This document shows positions 57,177 to 64,000 of a DNA stretch of 64,000 nucleotides, one piece after another (within the stretch, counting starts at the first letter, position 1; every line of letters begins with the position of its first letter). Where the stretch lies: positions 150,408 to 214,407 of the forward strand of contig JBEKQV010000001.1 of the NCBI GenBank assembly GCA_049519355.1, in the 5' to 3' direction. Under the pieces are notes generated by a model, which made no database searches, was not told where the DNA came from, and saw only the letters and a program-made list of their open reading frames with translations. A program made the position numbers and the translations under genes. Source of the stretch: Candidatus Microgenomates bacterium (GTDB lineage: Bacteria > Patescibacteriota > Microgenomatia > UBA8517).

Positions 57177-57645
57177 CTATTATAAATTCTACCTTATTTG
57201 TCTCCGTATTATAAATTGCAAAGTTATTTCCTTTAATAATCGCCCCGGGCCGGACAACTTTTACATCTGCAACAATACTTTCGTCTTTTGAATGTATGTG
57301 ACCGCAGAAAATAATATCAAGTTTTTTATCCTTAAAATATTTTTTTAAATCGCTCGGTTTATGAGTTATGCCAATTTTCCTGCCACCCAAATCAAATTCA
57401 AGAAAATCTTCCGAAAACATTTTACTTTTCAACTCCAAAATTTTAATTACTTCCGGCCGGATATCGGCATTTCCCAAAACGGTATATAAAGGGATTTTAA
57501 AAGAAACAACTGCTTCGACAGATTCAATCGTATTCCAATCGCCGCAATGAATTACGGCGGAAACTCCATACTTTTTTGCAAAACCCATTACAAGTTTTAA
57601 ATTCGCAACATGACCGTGAGAATCCGACATAACTAATATCTTCAT
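57169..57645 (-). CDS. Metallophosphoesterase (YfcE/MJ0936 family)
   Basis: DSHG, GDW and GHIH metal-binding motifs; 158 aa. Confidence 0.85.
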   Translation of the reverse strand: MKILVMSDSHGHVANLKLVMGFAKKYGVSAVIHCGDWNTIESVEAVVSFKIPLYTVLGNADIRPEVIKILELKSKMFSEDFLEFDLGGRKIGITHKPSDLKKYFKDKKLDIIFCGHIHSKDESIVADVKVVRPGAIIKGNNFAIYNTETNKVEFIIDD

Positions 57646-57660
57646 ATTTCCTATTCTATA

Positions 57661-58707
57661 TTATTGGGGCAAAAATTCTTTGACATTCGCTGAGGTAACG
57701 TGAACATTTTGTGCTTTACCTTCAACCAAACTCATTGCAACTTTCCTGACAACACCGTCGATATTTCGCTCTAAGGTACGTATTCCTGCATCGTACCCAA
57801 GCGGGCGGACTATATTTGCCCAAACATCATCATCAATAGTCAAACTGCCGGCGGGGAGTCCTGAACTTTTCATAGCGGTCGGGAGAATATATTTCTGCCC
57901 AATCACAATTTTTTCCTGGTCGGTATAGGAGGGCATTGAAATTGGTTCCAGTCTATCCATCACAGCCGTAGAAATATTTGTAGTGTTATTGGCGGTTGCA
58001 ATAAATAAAGTCTCCGAAAGGTCGAAGGGAAAATCAATGTAATGGTCCACAAAAGCATAATTCTGTTTGGGATCCAGTAGCTCCACCAAAACTCCCATAA
58101 TCGAACTCCTTCCTTGTTCGGTTACTCTATCTATTTCATCAAGAAGAATCACTGGATTTTTACTTTGAGTATCCCTTAGAGCTTTCATAACTTTTCCCGG
58201 CTCCGCCTCGGGGTGCATTCGGGATTGTCCCCTAAGATCCAGCGGATCTCCCATTCCTCCAAACGGAATTCTGGCAATAGGCCGGCCCAAGGCTTCAGCA
58301 ATTGAATAAGCGATGGTTGTTTTTCCGGTTCCAACCAAACCCACAAAACAAAGAATTGGGGCTCTATATATATCGGCAGTTTCCCCTTTTTCCTGTTTAA
58401 GTTTCATCACGCTCATATATTCCAAAACGCGGGTTTTAATTTCGGTAAGTCCGTAGTGGTGAATTTCCAAAATTTTCCTGGCGTTAGTTAGATCCAGAGT
58501 ATCCTGCGTTCTTTTGTTCCAAGGCAAAATTGTAATCCAATCGATATACTTCACCATGCTGTCAAACTCCGGCAAAAATGAAGGAGAATTTGTAAGTTTG
58601 GAAAGTTGTCCCAAGCGGACCAAAACAATCTCACGGAGTTTCTCCGGCAAATCGGCTTTTTTAATCCTATCAACTAAAACATTAATTTCCTGGGCAGCAG
58701 AATCCAT
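57661..58707 (-). CDS. Lon-like AAA+ ATPase lacking both the N-terminal LAN domain and the S16 protease domain
   Basis: Collinear with E. coli Lon residues about 250-600: YIDWITILPWNKRT, HYGL, Walker A GLVGTGKTT, LGRPIARIPFGGMGDPLDLRGQSRMHPEAEPGK, NPVILLDEIDR. Ends at ...NVKEFLPQ, where Lon continues into the protease domain. Confidence 0.8.
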   Translation of the reverse strand: MDSAAQEINVLVDRIKKADLPEKLREIVLVRLGQLSKLTNSPSFLPEFDSMVKYIDWITILPWNKRTQDTLDLTNARKILEIHHYGLTEIKTRVLEYMSVMKLKQEKGETADIYRAPILCFVGLVGTGKTTIAYSIAEALGRPIARIPFGGMGDPLDLRGQSRMHPEAEPGKVMKALRDTQSKNPVILLDEIDRVTEQGRSSIMGVLVELLDPKQNYAFVDHYIDFPFDLSETLFIATANNTTNISTAVMDRLEPISMPSYTDQEKIVIGQKYILPTAMKSSGLPAGSLTIDDDVWANIVRPLGYDAGIRTLERNIDGVVRKVAMSLVEGKAQNVHVTSANVKEFLPQ

Positions 58708-58735
58708 AAATCTAGTGTAGCACTAATGAATTATC

Positions 58736-59302
58736 TCACGAAGCGCTTTGGGTTTGCTCACTCGCCACAACAAAATTTGGTCTATTCTCAAATAGTCTCG
58801 CAGCTGCATTACAATTTTCAGCTATTCTGTCCCATATTTTAATTTGACCTTCCGCTGAAGCAGCAGCTGTTAAGGGATTTGAAAATACTCTAAATCCTTT
58901 TGTTTCACCCTCGGTACGTTGGTCGTCTGCCATTTTTTTCCAACCCGCGGCCTCTTTTCTGTAATATTCGATTGTCTTTGATATAGGCGCCTTGCCGGTA
59001 GCCCCTTGAAGAGCGTCGTGTATTCCCTCCCACAAATCGTACTCAACAATATAATCAGAATCTGACTCCGACAATCTCTGAGTAGCCTCCTCCCTATAAT
59101 AAGCTTCTTCCGCCCTCAACATTCCGACCACCATTTCAATGGTTATCTGTTCAGGAGAAACCTTACAAAAAGTATGCCATTCAATTTGAGAGGCGCGTTC
59201 CACTTGCTCCGAAGGATCTTTCAAAAAGGCATACTCGCGAGAAACAGCTTGCCTTATTTCTGCTACTGAAAGTTTTTGTTTAGGAGCTTCGCTCGATTCC
59301 AT
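58736..59302 (-). CDS. Hypothetical protein (188 aa)
   Basis: No recognisable motif. About 43% GC. Immediately upstream of the Lon-like ATPase on the same strand. Confidence 0.5.
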   Translation of the reverse strand: MESSEAPKQKLSVAEIRQAVSREYAFLKDPSEQVERASQIEWHTFCKVSPEQITIEMVVGMLRAEEAYYREEATQRLSESDSDYIVEYDLWEGIHDALQGATGKAPISKTIEYYRKEAAGWKKMADDQRTEGETKGFRVFSNPLTAAASAEGQIKIWDRIAENCNAAARLFENRPNFVVASEQTQSAS

Positions 59303-59345
59303 AATTTTCTAATTGATAGTAACACAAATTGTCTTGTCAATGAAG

Positions 59346-61697
59346 TTATCTTCCGAAGCTATCTTTCTTGCTGTCATCAACTAATCTTGAAGTTGGGAAA
59401 TGGGGTCCGCCTGCTTCACCTCTATCGGTTCTTCCGGCTGAAAATCCGCCCCTGTCTCCGCCTCTACTGTAGCCACCTCGACTGCCACCGTACCCCCCTC
59501 TACTTGGTCCTCTTGAATATCCGCCTCTGCCTCCACCAAATCCGCCGCGTCCGCCACCATACCCACCCCGTCCTCCGCCAAATCCTCCTCTAGGCCTTTC
59601 TTCCCTAGGTTTATCCTGTGAGGCATCCATATTCATAGAAAGGTTGATTCTTCCCTGATCATCAATTTCCTTAACCCTAACCTGGACTTTTTGTCCGATT
59701 TTAACAACATCCCCCGCATCTCTGACAAATTCTTTTTGTCCCATATCACTGACATGGACCATTCCGTCTTTGCCCGGCAAGATATTTACAAATGCCCCGA
59801 AAGGCATAATTCTTACAACTTCTCCCTCGTAAATTTCGCCTGCTTTCACTTCTTTGGCAAAACCTTCAACATAAGTGACGGCTTGCTGCATCTTTTCCTC
59901 ATCGACTCCGGCAACACTTACTCCTCCATCATCATTAACATCAATTTGGGTTCCGGTATCGGCCATAAGTTTTTTAATATTCTTGCCGCTGGGACCGATA
60001 AATTCTCCGATTTTATCAACGGGGATTTTGACCATCTTAATCTTGGGTGCATATTGTGAAACAACTTTCCTGGGACTGGCAATTGTAGCCAAAATCTTTT
60101 TCATTATCTCGGCTCTAGCATCTTTAGCTTGATCAAGAGCTTTCTCCAAAATATTTGTGGTTAAACTAAGTGTTTTAACATCCATTTGAAGTGCAGTAAT
60201 TCCTTTTTCCGTTCCTGCAACTTTGAAGTCCATGTCGCCATTGAAATCCTCAATACCCATAAGATCGGTAAGAACCGCAAAGTTTTTCTCATCCTCAATA
60301 ATTAGTCCCATCGCAATTCCGGCAACGGGAGCCTTAATTGGAACCCCGGCATCCATTAATGAAAGAGTCGAACCGACTACTGATGCCATTGATGTAGAAC
60401 CGTTTGAACTCATTACTTCGGAAACAACGCGGATGGCATAAGGAAATTCTTCCTGGGAAGGAATAACCGGAACTAGTGCCCGCTCGGCAAGCATTCCGTG
60501 TCCGATTTCGCGCCTATTCGGAGAACCAACTCTTCCCGTTTCTCCTGTTGCGTAAGGAGGCATAGAATAGTGATGCATATAATGCTTTTCTTCCTCACCT
60601 TCGGCACTTTCGAGTAATTGTCCCAACGATTCAGCCCCTAGTGTGGCAACGGAAAGAACTTGAGTCTGTCCTCTACTAAAGAGGGCACTGCCGTGAGTTC
60701 TGGGCAAAATACCTACCTCGGCGGAGAGTTTTCTAAGTTCAGTTAACTTTCTTCCGTCGGGCCTAATTCCTTTTTTAAGAATCTGCTCGCGGATATAATC
60801 CTTCTTTAAATGATCAACTATATCCAAAACGAATTTCTTTTCCTCAATTTTTTCAAAATGATCTTTTATGGCTTCTATAAACTCTGCGTACTCATCTGAA
60901 GGACCTTCATGATTGGCCATGTTTTTAACAAGGCCGGCCATTTTATCTCCGACCAATTTTTTAACTTCACGCTCAAGCTCGACTGAAGGTTTTTCCTCTG
61001 TATAAACTTCACGCTCGACTCCGACTTCTTTAGCAAGATCCTCAATAAGTTTCAGGACTGCTTTGCTTTCTTTTTGTGCAAACTCAATTCCCTCAACAAT
61101 TTGCTTTTCGGTTACTTCCTTCGCTCCGGCCTCAACCATCAAAACCGCTTCTTTTGTTGCGGAAACGGTTAAGTCCATTTGGGAAGTTGATAATTCGGTT
61201 GTTGTTGGATTAATTACATACTTTTCGTCTTTTATTCCGACAGTCAGTGGTGCAACGGGACCTTTCCATGGAAGAAACGAGATATGAACGGCGGCGGATG
61301 CAGCAATTGCTCCCAAAATCTTGGGGTCGTTTTCGCCATCAACCGAAAGTACCATCACCATAACCTGGACTTCTTTTTTATAAGTCTTGGGGAAAAGGGG
61401 TCTGATAGATCTATCAATCAATCTTGCAGAAAGAACTTCCTCATCAGTCGGTCTGCCTTCGCGTTTTACCCAACGGCTTCCTTTAATACGTCCGCCGGCG
61501 TAAAGGCGCTCCTGATATTCAACGGTAAGAGGAAAATAATCCATCTCCATTTTAAGAGGAGCCGCGGTAACGGTTGCCAAAACCACAGTATCGCCCATCC
61601 TGGCTACAACGGCACCGGATGCCTGTTCCGCAAGTTCACCGGTGGTCAAAGTAAGAGTTCGGCCTCCCAGTTCTATGGATTTCTCGATTTTCTTCAT
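59346..61697 (-). CDS. pnp: Polyribonucleotide nucleotidyltransferase (PNPase) with Gly/Arg-rich C-terminal tail
   Basis: Two RNase PH domains, KH and S1 domains, then a tail GGFGGGRGGYGGGRGGFGGGRGGYSRGPSRGGYGGSRGGYSRGGDRGG. Confidence 0.95.
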   Translation of the reverse strand: MKKIEKSIELGGRTLTLTTGELAEQASGAVVARMGDTVVLATVTAAPLKMEMDYFPLTVEYQERLYAGGRIKGSRWVKREGRPTDEEVLSARLIDRSIRPLFPKTYKKEVQVMVMVLSVDGENDPKILGAIAASAAVHISFLPWKGPVAPLTVGIKDEKYVINPTTTELSTSQMDLTVSATKEAVLMVEAGAKEVTEKQIVEGIEFAQKESKAVLKLIEDLAKEVGVEREVYTEEKPSVELEREVKKLVGDKMAGLVKNMANHEGPSDEYAEFIEAIKDHFEKIEEKKFVLDIVDHLKKDYIREQILKKGIRPDGRKLTELRKLSAEVGILPRTHGSALFSRGQTQVLSVATLGAESLGQLLESAEGEEEKHYMHHYSMPPYATGETGRVGSPNRREIGHGMLAERALVPVIPSQEEFPYAIRVVSEVMSSNGSTSMASVVGSTLSLMDAGVPIKAPVAGIAMGLIIEDEKNFAVLTDLMGIEDFNGDMDFKVAGTEKGITALQMDVKTLSLTTNILEKALDQAKDARAEIMKKILATIASPRKVVSQYAPKIKMVKIPVDKIGEFIGPSGKNIKKLMADTGTQIDVNDDGGVSVAGVDEEKMQQAVTYVEGFAKEVKAGEIYEGEVVRIMPFGAFVNILPGKDGMVHVSDMGQKEFVRDAGDVVKIGQKVQVRVKEIDDQGRINLSMNMDASQDKPREERPRGGFGGGRGGYGGGRGGFGGGRGGYSRGPSRGGYGGSRGGYSRGGDRGGFSAGRTDRGEAGGPHFPTSRLVDDSKKDSFGR
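59420..59630. repeat. Degenerate GGN/CGN-rich coding repeats specifying the RGG/GYG tail of PNPase
   Basis: Plus-strand ccgcc/tcc/acc-rich periodic sequence corresponding to PNPase residues about 690-760. Confidence 0.4.
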
Positions 61698-61967
61698 TTA
61701 TTTTTCAAGTTTTAACTCTGCAAGGAGTTTTTTGTAGCGTTCTTCGTCGCGCCTATGCAAATAGCTTAGAAGCCTTCTTCTTTTAGCTACCATCGAAAGA
61801 AGTCCGCGACGCGAATGAACGTCTTTTTTATGTTCTTTAAGGTGTGCAACGAGTTTATCAATTTGAACCGAAAGAAGTGCGATCTGAACTTCGGGAGACC
61901 CCGTGTCGCCTTTTTCTCTTGCAAATTTTTTAATTACGTCGACTTTTTCGTCTTTGGCTAATGCCAT
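61698..61967 (-). CDS. rpsO: 30S ribosomal protein S15
   Basis: 89 aa, ...[38 protein letters not shown]...; directly upstream of pnp. Confidence 0.95.
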   Translation of the reverse strand: MALAKDEKVDVIKKFAREKGDTGSPEVQIALLSVQIDKLVAHLKEHKKDVHSRRGLLSMVAKRRRLLSYLHRRDEERYKKLLAELKLEK

Positions 61968-62030
61968 ATTATTGTCATGTGGAGCAAAGTGAGGCGACCT
62001 CCCCGCCAGACCTTGCTAACATCTTTGGGA

Positions 62031-62059
62031 ATAATATCACACTTTTTGTGGGTTTCCAA
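62031..62059 (-). promoter_or_regulatory. Promoter TTGGAA-17-TATTAT (with TG extension) for rpsO-pnp, followed by leader hairpins
   Basis: Minus strand reads TTGGAAacccacaaaaagtgTGaTATTAT. The leader contains the GGCGGGGAGGTCGCC/GAGGCGACCTC hairpin region, a possible S15 autoregulatory structure. Confidence 0.5.
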
Positions 62060-62066
62060 GAGGAAA

Positions 62067-63035
62067 TTAACCTTTGTTTTCACTAAAAGTAGTTGGTTGA
62101 TTTTGGCTGGAAGTGGCTCCTTTATAAATCTTGGGCTGTAACCAGTCGGAAGGAGGATTTACATCAGGATTCTCCTGTGTTGCCTCCGGAGCAACAGTTT
62201 CGGGTTGAGTTTCAATCTGGGCGGGAGGAGTAACGGGTTTTGGCATAGAAACAGGAACCTGGTTCCTCAAATTAAAGGGTCTTTTGGGAATTGCTCCCGG
62301 GGGAAAGTTTATTGGGCTAAGTTTAACTTTTGGCATGCGCTGGCCTCCGCTTCTAAGTAGGTATGCAAAAGTTTCAAAAGTTTCCGGTCTGACTTCTTGT
62401 GAGGCAAAATTGGAACTTCCCTCTTCAATTCCCATTACCAAATTTGTTGCAGTATCAACATCAATTGTAAAACCGTTTTCCCTGATAAGATTTGCAACCA
62501 GCTCGGAAACGGTAGCTCCGGGCAAGGCAAACGACATAACCTCATGCTTCGAGTCAAGAACTCGGGTTCCCACATGAGCAACCTTTGCTCCGGCTAGTCC
62601 TTCAGACAAAAGAACCGGGAAATGAGAATCATCCGCTCCTCCGACCAAAATCACAAGATCGGCGGAAACTCCCGAATAGCCGATCGCGATTTGGTCTTTT
62701 TGAGGAGCCATTTGCCCCGCTTTCGGGACTACTGTAAGCTTAAATTCGCCGTTATCAATATCGTAGCTGACTTTATCAATATTTGTGGCATCATAACCGG
62801 CAAACTTAATCATTAAATTCTTGTTGCCAATCTCAGTGGAAATTTTATTAACTCCTATCAAGCGGTTAAATCCTACCGTCATCGGGTTGGGACAAAAAAT
62901 GGCAACTTCTTTTCTATCGTGAATTGAGAGATAAAGAGAAAGTCCCGCAGCTACCTGATCAAAATAGGGGCGTGTAGGCAAAACAATAAGAATTGAGGAG
63001 GCAGAATCAACAAGGGATGCGAAGCTATTTTCCAT
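62067..63035 (-). CDS. Hypothetical protein, possibly degenerate DHH/NrnA-like phosphoesterase, with Pro/Thr/Gln-rich C-terminal tail
   Basis: Architecture and length are NrnA-like and a GGADDSHF segment is present, but the canonical DxD/DHH/GGGH motifs are not intact. Confidence 0.4.
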   Translation of the reverse strand: MENSFASLVDSASSILIVLPTRPYFDQVAAGLSLYLSIHDRKEVAIFCPNPMTVGFNRLIGVNKISTEIGNKNLMIKFAGYDATNIDKVSYDIDNGEFKLTVVPKAGQMAPQKDQIAIGYSGVSADLVILVGGADDSHFPVLLSEGLAGAKVAHVGTRVLDSKHEVMSFALPGATVSELVANLIRENGFTIDVDTATNLVMGIEEGSSNFASQEVRPETFETFAYLLRSGGQRMPKVKLSPINFPPGAIPKRPFNLRNQVPVSMPKPVTPPAQIETQPETVAPEATQENPDVNPPSDWLQPKIYKGATSSQNQPTTFSENKG

Positions 63036-63079
63036 TGCGCTCGGATAGTAGCACTTCTACCACTTAGAAATCAAGAGAA

Positions 63080-63964
63080 TTAAAATTCCAGCCATTTCCT
63101 TGTATCAAGCAGGGGAAAACAGTCGCCTTCAGGGATAAAAAACTTCTTAGTTTTTGGGTCCCAGACAACCGCGTCCGATGTTGCACGGTTATTTACCGAG
63201 CCTTTGTAAATATCGGCGTCTTGCTCTCTCGAGGACAAGAGTTTTTTAGCCTTATCAATATCGAGATACTTTTCGGGACTGCTATTTAATCTCTCAAACC
63301 TCTTAACCGGAGATGTATAGTCCTTGTCCGTCCGCCAATTTTTTACATAATAACGGTTCCTGTTGGCCTCCGACAAAAGGAAGTTTGTCACGATAAGCCT
63401 GCCATCCATTTCGGTAATAAACGAGCCTGAAGGAACCATGTCAATGCTTGCCGTATGGGCTACTGTGCCGTCAGAAACCAATGCAATAAAAGGGTGAATT
63501 GGACGGGCTTTCAAAAGATAGTCTACCGCAGCCTCAAAAGTTTTTTCCTTTTTAAAAAGTTCAAAAAGTACTGATTGAATTAAAGAGTTGGTCGGGTAAT
63601 TCTTTTTGGTTTCAAGTCCCCCATCGTTAAACCCGACAAAAATCGAACGGTTTAGAATGGCAAAATCGGAAACAATCTGGCCGGCAAAAGTTACAGTCTC
63701 CACTAAGTTCGAATCACCGATCCGGTAGTTCAAATATAAACGGGACTTGATAAGCTCCTTTGTAAAATAATCCACCTGAATAATGTCAGTGGTTTTTCCG
63801 ATAATTACATGTTCCCCATCTTTTTGCGGATAAACGAATGCCGAACAACCCAAAAACCTAAAAACACCATTAAATAGTGCGCCGAAATCATAAACAGAAT
63901 TCAGAAAATACAACCATATTTTGTTAACTCCGCTTCCTTCCGCCATACCGTCAATAACTTCCAA
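63080..63964 (-). CDS. Ntn-hydrolase superfamily protein (choloylglycine hydrolase / peptidase C45-like)
   Basis: Candidate nucleophile Cys in FRFLGCSAFVYP near the N-terminus. 294 aa with a mixed alpha/beta pattern. Confidence 0.45.
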   Translation of the reverse strand: MEVIDGMAEGSGVNKIWLYFLNSVYDFGALFNGVFRFLGCSAFVYPQKDGEHVIIGKTTDIIQVDYFTKELIKSRLYLNYRIGDSNLVETVTFAGQIVSDFAILNRSIFVGFNDGGLETKKNYPTNSLIQSVLFELFKKEKTFEAAVDYLLKARPIHPFIALVSDGTVAHTASIDMVPSGSFITEMDGRLIVTNFLLSEANRNRYYVKNWRTDKDYTSPVKRFERLNSSPEKYLDIDKAKKLLSSREQDADIYKGSVNNRATSDAVVWDPKTKKFFIPEGDCFPLLDTRKWLEF

Positions 63965-64000
63965 AAAATCCTTCCCAATCCGGTTTTTAAACGTCGCCCA

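Noticed and set aside
1-64000. CRISPR arrays, transposases, integrases, rRNA genes
   Set aside because: I looked for direct-repeat/spacer periodicity and for DDE or tyrosine-recombinase-like ORFs. None were seen. The only repeats are short coding low-complexity repeats and the TATCTCGTA motif set.

Overview
This is a 64-kb, AT-rich (about 38-40% GC) bacterial fragment whose gene content points to a Patescibacteria/CPR-type genome. L30 is absent between rpsE and rplO, AlaRS lacks the C-Ala domain, and many ribosomal proteins carry Lys/Ala-rich tails. Almost every gene is on the minus strand. The main run is rpoB-rpoC-rpsL-rpsG-fusA-tuf-rpsJ, then rplC through rplO (the S10/spc blocks), then secY-adk-map-infA-rpmJ-rpsM-rpsK-rpsD-rpoA-rplQ and rplM-rpsI. 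Also present are recA-recX, rny, HU, an ABC exporter, miaA, a P-type ATPase, dtd, mltG, ruvX, sortase, alaS, rodZ-like, ftsK, rnj, a UDG, a Lon-like AAA+ ATPase, pnp and rpsO. Several elements were missed by the ORF track: a type-A RNase P RNA (4343..4660, minus), tRNA-Pro(GGG) (13529..13599, minus), rpmJ (L36) and a 45-aa zinc-ribbon ORF. The most unusual features are: (i) a 3.8-kb block of five plus-strand genes (Cys-rich higher-GC orphan, TPR membrane protein, alpha/beta hydrolase, NUDIX, DHH-DHHA2 phosphoesterase) wedged between rplO and secY; (ii) a roughly 290-bp higher-GC, repeat-flanked mini-cassette with a 75-aa orphan ORF inserted between rpsJ and rplC, followed by a consensus promoter and an attenuator-like terminator just before rplC; (iii) a Lon-like AAA+ ATPase with no protease domain next to an orphan gene; and (iv) several noncoding stretches that may be small RNAs. 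Everything is inferred from the sequence alone; no database searches were run.
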